From Octopus vulgaris (lineage: Eukaryota): 64,000 nt of DNA. Location: contig OX597824.1 in NCBI GenBank assembly GCA_951406725.2, positions 32,736,001 to 32,800,000 of the forward strand, written 5' to 3'. The notes beneath the pieces were generated by a model that had not been told where the DNA came from, made no database searches, and was given only the letters and a program-made list of their open reading frames with translations. A program made the position numbers and the translations under genes. Positions 12,986 to 26,111 of this stretch are shown here, piece by piece. How positions within the stretch are numbered: the stretch's first letter is position 1; every line of letters starts with the position of its first letter.

Positions 12986-13884
12986 TGAGATCTGATCAAT
13001 AAATATCCGGACTGTTGCCATTGTAACGAAGCTAAAGCACCCGCAGTGAAGCCGCTTGGCAAAGATTGACCTTGAATTCTGCTGTGCATGCACACTAAGT
13101 TTTAACGTTCTAGCTCACTTTTGCTGTTTACAGCAATGCATGGAAGGAAGGTGTGTAGTGTGTGATCGTCGCATTGACCATCACAGGAGAAAGTTGTCAT
13201 GGAAATACATGCTCAAAGGCTTGCGCAAAGTGGCAGAAAGTGTACAGAGATGAGTGTATGAGCCGTACACAAGTGTATGAGTGGTTCAGACGTTTCCAAG
13301 ATGGCTGAGAAAATGTTGATATTGACGAACGTTCTGGGAAACCCGCAACCAGAAGAACTGAGAAAAACATCGCAGATGTGTGTATGCAGATGTGAGGGGA
13401 AATCGTCGAATCACCATCTGTGAGTTATCAAAGGAGGTGCAGATTAGTTACCGTTCAGTTCAGTCCATTATGAATGAAGATTTGGGTATAAGACGCGTGT
13501 CAGCCAAGTTTGTTCCAAAACTGCTTTCAGCTGACCAAAAAGACACTTGGATTTCAGTTGGACAAAATCTCCTTCATTGTGTCGAGAACAATGAAAACAT
13601 TTTGAAAATCTTGCGTAGGCCTCTGAGCAGGTATCGCCAAGCTTTTGGCAAAATTCGATGCAGATTCTCTGTTCAAATTTCTCTGTCGTGGTCAATGCAA
13701 CGATTACACTCTACACATGTTCTTTCCAAGCACTACTGTAAACAGCGAAAGTGAGCTAGAACGCTAAAAGTTTAGTGCGCCTGCGCAGCAGAGTTTAAAG
13801 TCAATCTGTGCCAAGCGGCTTTACTCTGCGTGCTTTAGCTTCGTTACTATGGCAACAGTTCGGATATTTATTGATCAGACCGCG
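12986..13884. mobile_element. Mariner-derived non-autonomous element with ~200-bp inverted arms and TA flanks
   Basis: Ends TA-TGAGATCTGATCAATAAATATCCG / CGGATATTTATTGATCAGACCGCG-TA; HTH pieces MSRTQVYEWFRRF and NRRITICELS...SAKFVPKLLS on +; EQRICIEFCQKLG on -. Confidence 0.9.
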
Positions 13885-15127
13885 TATGTATGTATGTACA
13901 TATATATACACACACAAATACATGGGCATACACACATACATGTACACACACATACAAACATACAAATACACGTACATAAGTATATATATACATACTTACT
14001 CATACACGCAAGCACAAACATATAAATACGTATATACGTATACACATGCACAAAATCACGTATGTATATATATATATATAGGTGTGTGTGTTGTTTGTGT
14101 GTATATACGCACACACACGCATACGAACACAAACACATACGTATATATGTATATACAAATATACAGACACACATACATACACACTTTCCAATCCATTATG
14201 AAGGTATAATTACATTTTCAAATAACGTATAAAAATGCAACTGCAGTGTGCATCGCCCGGAGTTGCTATAGAGTTTATCCCCACTCCAGTCTGGCCCCTG
14301 ATCCCCTATACTGACTTATACAGCAGACCTCAAAAGTACCGCTCTCACAAAAGTGTCGTTCCCGGTGAAGCCCTCTCCTTAGCTGCGCTACAAAGTTAAA
14401 GCCTTCGATCAACACCGTTACCCGCGTGAAGACACTAGGCTAAAGTAGAAAGGAATATTTGCTTGTTATCGACTTTGCCTATTATCCTTTCGGGGCCGAT
14501 AAAATAAGTAACAGTTAAGCACTGAGGTCGACTTACTCCTCACCCCACGAATTTGCCTCGTGCCAAAATATGAAACCAATGTTTGTATTTTATATAAAGC
14601 GGCAAGATAGCAGAATCGTTACGGCGCCGGAAAAAAAAATGCTTAGTGACATTTCTTCCGTCTTTACGTTCTGTGTTCAGATTCTACTAAGGTCGACTTT
14701 ACCTTTCATTCTTTCGGGGTCCATAATACAACTACCAGTTGAACACTGACGTCGATGATATCGGCTTACCCCACCCCACCCACGAACTTGTTGGCCTTGT
14801 GTCAAAATTTGAAACCAATGTTTGTAGTTTACATAATGCATAATTTTAAAAGCTGTTGGTGTGCCATAGTATTCATGTCATAATCAGTGTACCATAGATC
14901 GAAAATTGTTGAAAAACGTTGAGGAAAAACAATGTAGAAATGTTTCAAATCTTGGCATAAGGCCACAAATTTTAGTAGGAGAGGTTTAGTTGATTATACC
15001 AATCTCAATGCTCAACTGGTACTTATCTTTTTTCTATAATTTTTATTTTTTTTACCCTAGAAGGCAAAAAAGCAAAGTTTGAGCTCAGGGGTATCTGAAC
15101 CCGAACTGCAAATAGTAATAGCAATAT

Positions 15128-15737
15128 TCCTGTCTACAATAGGAATAAGGCCTGGAATTTTGGAGAATTAAGTCGATTACATCGACCCCCAATGTTCCAC
15201 TGGTACTTAATTTATCGACCCCGAAAAGGTGAAAGGCAAAGTCGATCTCAGCGAAATTTGAACTCAGACCGTAGCGACGGGCGAAATACCGCTAAGCATT
15301 TCGTCCAGCGTGCTAACGATTCTTATTTCTTTATTGCCCACAAGGGGCTAAACACAGAGGGGACAAACAAGGACAGACAGAGGAATTAAGTCAATTACAT
15401 CGACCCCAGTGCGTAACAGGTACTTAATTTATCGACCCCGAAAGGATGACAGGCAAAGTCGACCTCAGCGAAATTTGAACTCAGACCGTAGCGTTGGTCG
15501 AAATACCTATTTCTTTACTACCCACAAGAGGCTAGACACAGAGGGGACAAACAAGGACAAACAAACGGATTAAGTCGATTATATCGACCTCAATGTGTAA
15601 TTGGTACTTATTTATTCGACCCCGAAAGGATGAAAGGCAAAGTCGACCTCGGCGGAATTTGAACTCAGAACGTGACGGCAGACGAAATACTGCTAAGAAT
15701 TTCGCCCGGCGTGCTAACGATTCTGCCAGCTCGCTGT
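15128..15737 (-). mobile_element. Tandem array of tRNA-derived SINE family B (about three units)
   Basis: Repeated GTCGACTTTGCCTTTCATCCTTTCGGGGTCGATAAA core; B box GAGTTCAAATTCC. Confidence 0.88.
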
Positions 15738-16679
15738 CTTAGATAGTAATGACTATCCTCCTCAGTATTTGACTGGTACTCTAGTTTATCGAACCAGAAA
15801 GGATAAAAGCCAAAGCTGGCTGAGGCAGGATTTGAGCTCAGAACGTAAAGAGCCGAAAGAGTTGACTTTGCCTTCCACCCTTTCGGGATAAAATAACTAC
15901 CGGTTGAGCACTGGGGTCGATGTAATCGAATTATCCCTTCCCCCAAAATTGCTGGCCTTGTGCCAAAATTTGAAATCAATATAACCCACTAAACTAGATC
16001 AAAAAATGTATGGCATTGCGCCAATTAGTCTTCCACAAAATGTAGGTGTTGTGCTGCTATGGTCTCGATTAATTAAAAATATCGTACTTGAAACTGTAAA
16101 TAGGCTGTCTGAATTGTGGAAAAAAAAATGGAGTGGTATTTAGTACGACCCTCTATGTTATAAGTTCAAAATCTTATTGAAGTAAATCTTTATCTTTCAT
16201 CTATCTGAGTTCGATAAAATACAGTACCAATCAAGTATTGAGGTCGATTTGTTTGCTCCTTCTCGAGCCATGCCTGGCTCATAAGGGCCGGTTTCCCGGT
16301 TTTCTTGGCGTATAGGTTCCCCACCTGGACGGGACGCCGGTCCGTCGCTGGTGAGCTGCAAGATGCAGGAGGAAAGAGTGAAAGAAAGTTGTGGCGAAAG
16401 ATCCAGAAGTTTCGCCATTACCTTCTGCCGGAGCCGCATGGAGCTTAGGTGTTTCGCTCATAAACTCACACATCGCCCGGTCTGAGATTCGAACTCGCGA
16501 TCCCTCGACCGCGTGTCCACTGCTCTAACCACTAGGCCATGTGCTTCCACGAGGCCGATTTGTACTCTGTTATAATTTTGGCTTGAGTTTTAGTTATGTC
16601 CCTGGCTTTGTTTGGTTTCTTTAAGCATTGTTGAGCAATGCTTACGTTTCCTCGACACCTGTATCTATCGTCTATTGTT

Positions 16680-17097
16680 TTGGACGGGTTGTCCAGACCA
16701 AAATCTTTCTTTCTCTGCTTTCTCTGCAAGCATTACTGTCTTTCATGACATTTTGAGGTCTTCTATTTGCAAGTTGACATCACGAAAAAATTTATCAATA
16801 TATGTCGTTCAAGGTCGTCGTCCAATATGAGAATTTCCATGGCTCGGGGCACACAGAAGGAACTTACTAATTCATTTTTGCTTCGATAGCAACGAGCAGC
16901 ATATCTTGTCTTCTTCTCTCGAATGATTGATAGTATGATTGGGCATATTTCTACACGGGTTCTTCCTTCGTTGGATGTTGTTTCCATAATTTGTTAAGAA
17001 CAGCACGTAACATGCGTGCGTAGATCCCATCAAGCTTGCTTTCTATCTTCCTTTTTTTTGTTGTTGTCTGAGTCCATGCTGATGAACCGTAAAGACG
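16680..17097 (-). mobile_element. Decayed RTE-X-like LINE 3' fragment
   Basis: Minus-strand pieces LYGSSAWT, KLDGIYARMLRAVLNKLWKQHPT, CYRSKNELVS, GRRP..TYID. Confidence 0.7.
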
Positions 17098-17743
17098 AAC
17101 GGCTGTAGCTTACATTAATTAAAGTCATCGTGCTCATCACATTGAGCATGTTAGTATTTACTTCCCTAACTATGAAGTACTAATTATTACCCGTGACGTG
17201 ACATTTCCTGTACAGATAATAAATTTGGTTGCTATTCTGGAAACGTAGAGTATCTAGTATGACTAGACTAATGTCAGGCGTGCTCTGCAGCCATACAGAA
17301 AAGCATGTTAAATCGATATTAATAATAAGTCTATTGAGAAAGGGAGAAAAAAACATTAATATTCATTGTCAATTACAACTGCAAACTCGTTCATTTATAG
17401 CTGGTGTTTTATTTCATAAAAGACTGATGCAAAATCAAGTCCAGATAATTGTTATACTTATTTTCTGAAAAACAAAAATCGTTAATCTGGGCGTAGTCAT
17501 GGATGGGTGATTAAGACACTCGCATTGCAACCACGTAAATTCGAGTTCAATCCCATGACACTGTGGGGAAAATGTTTTTTCTGCTGATGCAAGCACACAC
17601 GTAATGCTTGTCCGGAAAAAGGAAAACTGGGACCAGCAATTTCGCCTGTCTCTTTAAGGAAACTAAGGTTATTATAATTGGGCTAAGAAAAAAAACATCG
17701 GAGTTACATTCTGTTTCAAGCTGTTACAAAATATGATATAGAG

Positions 17744-18596
17744 CAGTGTTACCCAAACTTTTCGCGCCAAATTGCAATATCGTCCACCTGTCGGCCCAAA
17801 AATGCTCCATCGCCCACCTGTGTAAAAAAAAACCTGAGACCCCCCACACACACACACAAACAAAATCCCCTAGGACTTCCCTGTATCATTTAATACACAC
17901 AATATCGTAGACTCGTTGCCCTGTTAGTGCCGTTTGGACTAAATATGCCGTTGTTTACAAATCCCTTGTTGTGGGTTTAGTTTTTGCCATTAGTGTAAAT
18001 AAAATTCTAATGTTAACTCTATATTATGCTGACAGATTAACTTCTGGAAAATTGTCGCTTTCTTTTACGCTGATTTTCATTTTCCCCAAATGAACCATTG
18101 ATCAGAACTACCGATGCAGAAATAATTAATGATTGTATTATAAAGGTTAAGAATAAGACTTTTTAATGAGAACCATGTGTCTGGTGCGATGCAGCCAGTG
18201 CAGGTACATTCTGTTTCAAACTTGTCAACTTTAGCCGCAAGTTTCCTCATTGTATCACATCCAGTCCAATTCTTTCATGGGAAAATAAAGTTCCGGCATG
18301 GTTAAAACCAGATTCAACCAAGTATGAAATAAGGAAGGCAAGCAAAAGTAATTTCAGATGTTTCCACAGATTGGGTTAGGAATTTTTAACACTCATGCGT
18401 GTAGCCAAATCGATGAAAGTGCATCCTTATTCTAGGCATGCCTAGATATCAGTAAATGCAGACTTAATTTCCAAAAAGTCATTGTCACTCACAAAATGTT
18501 CATATCGCCCACCAAAATCTCAAATCGCCCACCATTCTCTAGAAATTCACCCATCGCCCACCTGTAAGTTGAAATCGTCCACTTTGGGAAGCTACG
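17744..18596 (-). mobile_element. Internally deleted hAT (Charlie/Buster-like) transposon with 8-bp TSD
   Basis: ATATAGAG at 17736-17743 and 18597-18604; ends CAGTGTTACCCAAA / TTTGGGAAGCTACG; C-terminal dimerisation segment LKLLLLAFLISYLVESGF...NLRLKLT...HQTHGSH* on minus. Confidence 0.85.
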
Positions 18597-18656
18597 ATAT
18601 AGAGGATAGAGAAAATGAAAATAAAACTTCTTGATATAATACCATACTGAAATTTG

Positions 18657-19137
18657 AGGGCGGCTACCTGGCAGAAAGGTTAGCACGCCGAGCGAAATGC
18701 TTAGCGGTATTTCGTCTGCGTTACGTTGTGAGTTCAAATTCCGCCGAGGTCGACTTTGCCTTTCATCCTTTCGGGGTCGGTAAATTAAGCACCAGTTACG
18801 CACTGTGATCGATGTAATCGACTTAATACCTATGTCTGTCCTTGTTTGTCCCCTCTGTGTTTAGCCCCTTGTGGGTAATAAAGAAATAGGTATTTCGTTT
18901 GCCGTTACGTTCTGAGTTCAAATTCCGCCGAGGTCGACTTTGCCTTTCATCCTTTCGGGGTCGATGAATTAAGTACCCGTTACACACTGGAGTCGATGTA
19001 ATAGACTTAATCCTTTTTCGGGGTCGATTAAATAAGTACCAGTTACGCACTGGGGTCGATATAATCGACTTAATCCTTTTGTCTATCCTTCTTTGTCCCC
19101 TCTATGTTTAGCCCCCATGTGGGCAGTAAATAAATAG
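18657..19137 (+). mobile_element. SINE family B tandem array
   Basis: Head, unit, junction AAAGAAATA|GGTATTTCG, second unit with an internal duplication. Confidence 0.88.
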
Positions 19138-19167
19138 ATAGCATACAGGAATTATAATATGGCAATC

Positions 19168-19334
19168 AGTGTTGCGGCTCAAGTGGGTGCCACCCGAGGC
19201 AGCCGTTGAGTTTACTGCCGCTACTCTGTTCCTACATAAGCTTATACAATTGACCCAAGAGCGGCGCTCCCATAAAACCACCACCCGGGGGGAGGGCGAG
19301 CAGCACCCATCACCACCTCCTAGCTATGCAACTG
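19168..19334. mobile_element. Possible degenerate hAT/Tip100-like MITE
   Basis: Imperfect ends CAGTGTTGCGGCT / AGCTATGCAACTG around a GC-rich core. Confidence 0.35.
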
Positions 19335-19890
19335 ATACCAATTTGTTGCTGCTAGTCATGTTAGATTCTTGAAGCAGAAGTGGTTTAGAGGAAGAGAAGG
19401 AACTCAAGTCAGCTTTCTTCCTTTCATTGCTTGTTAACAGGAAGGTGGAACAGCATTTGGCAAGAGTATAAAATATCTAATCAGCGGTTGATGTGCTTCA
19501 TTTTAAAATTACAAGCAGTAATTTTACTACTACACCTACTACTACTACAAAAAAGAAAGGAAGAGCAGAAAGAAACTGGTTTTCCCGACAGCAGCTTTAT
19601 TGAGCAATTTTATGCCCTGATTTTCCATTGAAGCATCTGTTACATTTATATTGGTTTTATGTAGAGACGTGATCAACTCTCATCAAATGTTTCAGTACCC
19701 GTAGCTTGTGATTTTTAGCTTGAATTAGATATGGCAGCTGAGCCCTATAAAAGGCAGTAACCCACCACTACTAACATCACCACCACCACTACCACCATCA
19801 TCACCACCTCCACCGCCACCACCACCACCACCAGCAGCAGCAAGAGTGAATATGGAAATTGGCTAATTGCATACATACATACATACATAC

Positions 19891-19934
<44 letters not shown>

Positions 19935-20026
19935 ATAATCAATCGAGCGGACAAACGAAAGAAAAAGGCGCTTAAAACATTCAGTAGGAGTCTGAACCGA
20001 ATCAATCAGTTTTAAATAATAATAAA

Positions 20027-20100
<74 letters not shown>

Positions 20101-20130
20101 TAATAATGGTGATGATAATAACAATAATAA

Positions 20131-23100
20131 GCCGACTACGGCTGCTATAATGGTACGATTATAATTGTAACGGCAATGATGGCCGTCTCCCCACGAGCCA
20201 ATCAAAGCTAAAAAATGATAACATTATCGTAGCACCAAAATGTTTTTGGAAACTAAAAGGAAAACTAAATCAGTATACCAAATCGCTTGTCCTATGGTTA
20301 ATCTGGAAGCGCGTCCCCCAGGGAAGAGCCAGCCTGGGATCGAAAAGTCATCAACTGGCACAAACTCTTCTCTGAATACGGACATGGATAGTCACTTGAA
20401 CGGGAAATCCCCCAACTCGAGCCCTCCGAGTTCACCACCACAACCACCACAGAAAGAAAAATGTAAGCGGAACAAATGGACCCGAGAAGAGTATAAAGAA
20501 GTAATATACGCTTATTACTATGCATTATGTAGGCCATCTCAAGAGAGATACACCGCAAACTCTTACAGTATATGGAGAACACGGAATCAAGACAGTAGGC
20601 CCTATTTGGACGAGAACAAATTAGCAAATGTGAGGAGGGATATCCTTAGAAATAACAGACTCACAGACAGTGAAATAAGCGCGATAAAGCACGCAACGGA
20701 AAATGAGATAAATATAAGACACAAAGGAAATGAAGAATCAGATGAACAGTATAGCCCGCCACGAGGCTTAATTGAAAGACTGCCATCTGACCAAAGTACG
20801 CAAAGGCCTGAAGATACAAGAAATTCTATTGTACCTGTTAAAGATATCCAGGAAAACGAAAAAACAACAGTAACTGAAGATCTCGCATTTGCTGAAGAAC
20901 ACAGAGAGTCTATGGCAGAAATGAGGCAGAAAATCCTGAATACGCTTGAAGTTGTAAGACATACAAGTATGAATGATAGAGAACCACTTCATAAACTCTC
21001 AAATACAAACCAAAATAAAAAACAAATCCAAATTGGCAACTATGTAACAAATGAAATAATACGAGAATTAAAACCTGATTTTACTGAGTTAAATGAAATT
21101 ATTTACGCTTCTGCTAGGGCAATTGAAACCAGCTGTATGCCCCCGAAAAAACAAAGAAAACCAAACCTGGGAAGAAATCAAACCTGGAGAAGTAAAATTG
21201 AAAAAGAGATTGAATTTATAAGAGGGGAAATATCAATATTAAATGAACTAATATGTGGAAATGATGTAAGATCCAGAACAGGAAGAAAGATGAAGAGAAA
21301 ATTTGGATCCTCACCAAGAGAAGAACTGATATCAATAAAAGAAACGCTGAAACAAAAAGTCCAAGCAAAAGCCCAAAGAATACGAAGATTTGAGAAGAGA
21401 AACAAGTTTTACAAGCAAAATAAGCTGTTCACATCCAATGCCAAAAAATTCTACAGAGAAATAGGGAAGGAGAAAGTAACCGTTAAAGACCCCCTCCCAT
21501 GGAAGAAGTTCAAAACTTTTGGAAAAGGATTTGGAGTGACAAGAAGACGTACAACATAAATGCAGACTGGATTATACAAACTGAAGGATCCTACCAAAAT
21601 TTACAACAAGCATGGGAAGACATCACAATAGCAGACCTAAGAAAGGCACTCACGAAGGCCCATAATTGGAAATCCCCCGGTAAAGATAAGGTGCCGAATT
21701 TCTGGCTCGCATCGCTCCCATGCGCACACGGTAAGCTAGTTCAGCTGCTCAATGGAATTATGAGAGACCCAAAGAAAACACCTGAATGGTTAGCAAGTGG
21801 CGTTACTTACCTACTCCCAAAGAATAACGAAACCAACCTTCCAAAAAACTATCGGCCTATAACCTGTCTATCCACCACGTATAAAATCCTAACATCTATC
21901 CTGGCGGAGAAAACATATGCATTCATGAAGAACGATATTTTCCCCATTGAACAAAAAGGGTGCCGCCGAGGCTCTTACGGATGCAAAGATCAACTGCTAA
22001 TCAATCGTATGATCCTTGAGAACTGTCACAACAAGCGCAGAAATCTCAGCACCGCATGGATTGACTATAAAAAGGCCTTCGACAGTATACCGCATCCATG
22101 GATCTTGAGATCGCTGGACATCTTCAAAATTTCCCCTGTGATTTCAAACTTCCTGAAGCACAATATGTCGTTGTGGAATACGAATCTCCAATTATACCAC
22201 TCTAGTGGAGTACTTGCCTCAGAAAATATAAACATCAACATTGGAATTTTTCAAGGTAACTCACTTTCACCTTTAATATTCTGCATAGCCCTAATACCCC
22301 TTACAAGTGAATTAAACAGAACAGGGTATGGGTATAAAATTGCCAATAAAAAAATAAGCCATCTATTTTATATGGATGACTTAAAACTTTATGGTAAAGA
22401 CAATAATGAACTTGAAGGCCTATTGCGCACCGTGAAAGCATTCAGCGATGACATCGGGATGGAGTTTGGACTTGAGAAGTGTGCCAAAGCCACTTTCCAG
22501 AAAGGGAAAGTGAAGACCACAAATTCAGTCGTGTTAGATGTTGACACAGTCATAAGAGAGCTTGAGCAAGAACAAACATACAAATATTTAGGGATAAATG
22601 AAGGCTCTGGTATTCAGCATGCAAGCATGAAAGAGAAAATCAGGAAGGAATGTTATAGGAGAGTTCGTGCAGTCCTGAAATCTGAACTAAATGCACGTAA
22701 CAAGGTGTTAGCTATAAATTCCTTAGCAGTTCCAGTTGTTACTTATAGCTACAATGTGTTGAACTGGAATATGAGTGAAGTAAAGAATATAGATAGGAGA
22801 ATACGCAAGCTGCTGAGTTGTAATAGGATGCACCACCCAAAGGCAGACGTAGATCGCCTTTACCTTCCCAGAGCCCAAGGAGGTCGAGGCCTGATCCAAT
22901 TTGAACTAGCTTACAAAACAACCACAATTGGACTGGCCAAATATCTCGAAATATCGAATGACTGGATGCTAAAGCTCGTGGAAAATCACGAGAGACGAAA
23001 GAAGCTTCATTCTATCATAAAGGAAAGCAAAAAATTTGCTATTGATCTCGTGCAGGATACCCAAACTGAACAACCCGAGGGAAGTACGGCAACTATTGTT

Positions 23101-24081
23101 GCAAAGAAGGTGAAAATGATAGCAATGAAAAAAGCGCACGAGCAATTGGCTGATAGGTGGGAGGAGAAACCTCTGCACGGCAAATATGTGACCCGCAGCA
23201 AACAAGCTGATGTTGACCAGAAGCAAACCCATCAGTGGCTACGGAGCTCAGGGCTAAAAGCAGAGAGCGAAGGTTTCATCCTGGCTGCTCAAGATCAAAG
23301 CCTATTAACCCGGAACTACCAGGCCAATGTGATGAAAAATGGAGCAGACCCAAAATGCCGATTCTGCAACGACATGATTGAAACAGTGGACCACCTAATC
23401 TCTGGATGTAAAGTCTTAGCACCAGTGGAGTATAAATTAAGACATGACAGAGTTGGCCAATATCTCCACTGGCTAATAAGTCGGCATTACAATATCAAAA
23501 CTGCCGACAAGTGGTATAATCACCACCCTGAGGCTGTAACTGAAGGAGAAAATGTAACCATTCTGTGGGACTTTCCAGTACATACAGACCGAACCATCAA
23601 GGCCAATAAACCAGATATTGTTGTGAAAGACCAAAACAATAAAGTCTGCTTATTGATCGACATGAGCATCCCCTGTGATCATAATATCTCAGCGAAAGAG
23701 TTTGACAAGCTCAGAAAATATAAAGACCTACTCATTGAAATTGAGAAAATGTGGCATCTCAAGGCGGTTACAATACCAGTGATCGTAGGAGCACTAGGAA
23801 TGATCAAGAAGGGAACCGAAAATTATATGAGAATGATCCCTGGCTTACCATCCCTGCAAGAAGTGCAAAAGATTGTCTTAACTGGTACATCACACGTATT
23901 GAGAAGAGCATTGTCGATGTGAGAACTGTTGCTGCTCATGTATTTTAATTTAACTTAAAAAAAAAAATGAACGAACTACTGAGTTTGGTTTAATGGCCTA
24001 CCAATGTATACTATGAGTTTCTTTGCCCTAGGAGTCGGGAAGACACTCGGCAAGAAATGGAAGCAAATTTGAAAGAAGAAG
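20131..24081 (+). mobile_element. Near full-length R4/Dong-clade non-LTR retrotransposon (RT + restriction-like endonuclease) inserted in (TAA)n
   Basis: Long ORFs 20240-21559 and 21499-23922; (TAA)n on both flanks (~20028-20130 and 24082-24184); short 5' and 3' UTRs. Confidence 0.93.
20240..23922 (+). CDS. R4/Dong polyprotein split by a single 1-nt frameshift near 21490
   Basis: RT motifs KSPGKD, NYRPITCL, WIDYKKAFDS, GIFQGNSLSP, HLFYMDD, YKYLG; CCHC knuckle CRFC..ETVDHLISGC; endonuclease motifs RHD, KPDIVV, LIDMSIP, KY. The 3683-nt span plus one base gives 1227 codons and a stop. Confidence 0.9.
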
Positions 24082-24146
24082 TAATAATGATAATAATAAT
24101 AATAATGATAATGATAATAATAATGATAATGATAATAATAATGATG

Positions 24147-24184
<38 letters not shown>

Positions 24185-26045
24185 CCTTTCTTTATTGGCC
24201 ACGATGGCCGAATACAAAAACATGTAGAGACTACACAAAACAAGCGGCAAGTGGGGTTTAAAACAGAAAACGCGTAAACAATAAAAAAACAGAAACAGTT
24301 AACAAAAATTAAGCAACAAAATTCCCCAATAGGGGAGAGCTCTACCCAGGGCAACTAGGGCACCACACGCATTCTAGTCACCCCGACTGTCAAGGACACC
24401 TCAGGTAGGCACCCTCTTCCCCTCAACTGCTCCGGCTTAAAGACAAATATTCAGATTAGGCCCATTCACTCGAGCAATTTTCGCAACGTTCACCCACCTC
24501 TCAGCAAAATTACTGGGGTGGGAAGGCAGTATTTCTCCTCTACCCTCACTTTCTTTTTCAAGTGGAACTTGAAAAGGTAGATGAGGGCTCGGCCGAAGAG
24601 AGGAATGTCTCTGTCTTCAGTCCCTTTCAGCCTCGTTCACCACACTACCTCTTTCGCTATAGCCACCGGGCAGAGGAAAACTGTCTTTCCCACCAGCCAA
24701 AAAGAAGGCGGCGGGGCGATTCTCACAATGGACTCGGCTGATAACCGGAACCTTTCTACACTTGACAATAGCTGTTCGACAAATCTCCTCAGGTCAGTAA
24801 TGCACGGACACTGGATGAGTGCATGCAAGACAGTTACATTGCCCTGCGAACACTTCGGACAGGTCCGACACTGTTACGGTGACGTCGTCCGCGTAAGCCG
24901 ACACGAATCTTCCGCATTCTAGATCACACAATATCTCCTTCGAAACATCCAGCTTCTGCAGCAATGGCTTGAGAGGACCTCAATGCTGGCAAATTGCCTC
25001 CCTCTCTGTATATGGACCACATCTATTAAAATTTCTCTGTGGGCTTTCTCAACATGACTGATGAAGGCTATTTCTGCTCTACTACTTTTGCGTGATATGC
25101 ATCTGAAGTATACTGTCTTTTTCTCTTTTGCCTCTATTATTTCGGGTGGTACGAGCACTGCAGCCTTACCCCGTTGAAATTTAATGGTGTCTTTCGCTTT
25201 TGAGAGTTCGTGGGTTTTGTCATCGAGTGCGATGGCAAACATTTCTTTCCTTATGTTCGCTACATCAGCAAACCTTTTATTTCTGTTATTGTTTTTGTTG
25301 TTGTCGTCGTCGTCGTTACTGTTGTTATTGTTATTGTTGTTGTTGTTACTGTTGTTGCTGCTGTTAATGGAGTTGTGGCCACTTCCATCGTTGCCACTCT
25401 CACCACCACCGTCACCGCTATTTCCCTCCACTCCGCCTTCAATTGTAGGATTATAATTTTCACTAAAATCCGTAGCGTTTTTAACGAAACTGTCACCGCC
25501 ACCGCTGCTGCTGCTTCTGCTGCTTTTGCTGTTTCTCCTGTTGTTACTGCTACCACTACTACTACTGATGCTGCTGCTGCTGTTGTCGCTGCTGCTGCTC
25601 ATGTTATCATTGCTACTACTGTTGTTGTCGATATTGCCACTGCTGCTGCTCCTGCGAGGTGGTCTTTGTATGCTTTCTTCTTCTCTTTTCTCCTCCCCCT
25701 CCTGTATTGTCGCCAGTAACGGAGGGAAGAGGAGGGAAATCTTCAGTAGTCACTAGACCTACGGGTGGGGCAGTTTTTTTTCTTAACTCTTTCAAGATGC
25801 TCTCCGCCATCTTGTTGAATTGTATATGATTAAAATTAAAGTCCCACCGAACTTATTTTCTGGGCCGAATATAGCTCTGCGAGGGGCCAAACAAACACAG
25901 AAAACCAATGACAGGTTCCTGGTGTTTCTGTTAACTTGGAACAAAAGGTAAACCTAAAAGACCTGCACCTGACTGTTGTAAGCAAATGTTTTAAAATGAA
26001 CTTACTTGGAGCGTTCGAAAACACGTCCGATGTACTCTGCAACAA
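24185..26045 (-). mobile_element. Internally deleted Tx1/L1-like LINE (ORF1 part, short RT piece, C-terminal zinc knuckle, 3' UTR)
   Basis: Minus strand: ORF1-like start MAESILKELRKK at 25810; RT fragment PLLQKL...VSAYADDVT (~24875-24970); CPKC..TVLHALIQCP knuckle; 3' end GGCCATCGTGGCCAATAAAGAAAGG followed by (ATT)n. Confidence 0.8.
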
Positions 26046-26056
26046 ATATAATAATG

Positions 26057-26110
<54 letters not shown>

Positions 26111-26111
26111 G

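Noticed and set aside
20131-20240. HDV-like ribozyme in the Dong 5' UTR
   Set aside because: Plausible for this clade, but I could not build a consistent P1/P1.1/P2/P3 fold by eye; needs a structural search.
21485-21560. Programmed frameshift or two-ORF organisation of the Dong element
   Set aside because: R4/Dong elements are single-ORF and no canonical slippery heptamer sits at the break; a 1-nt indel is simpler.
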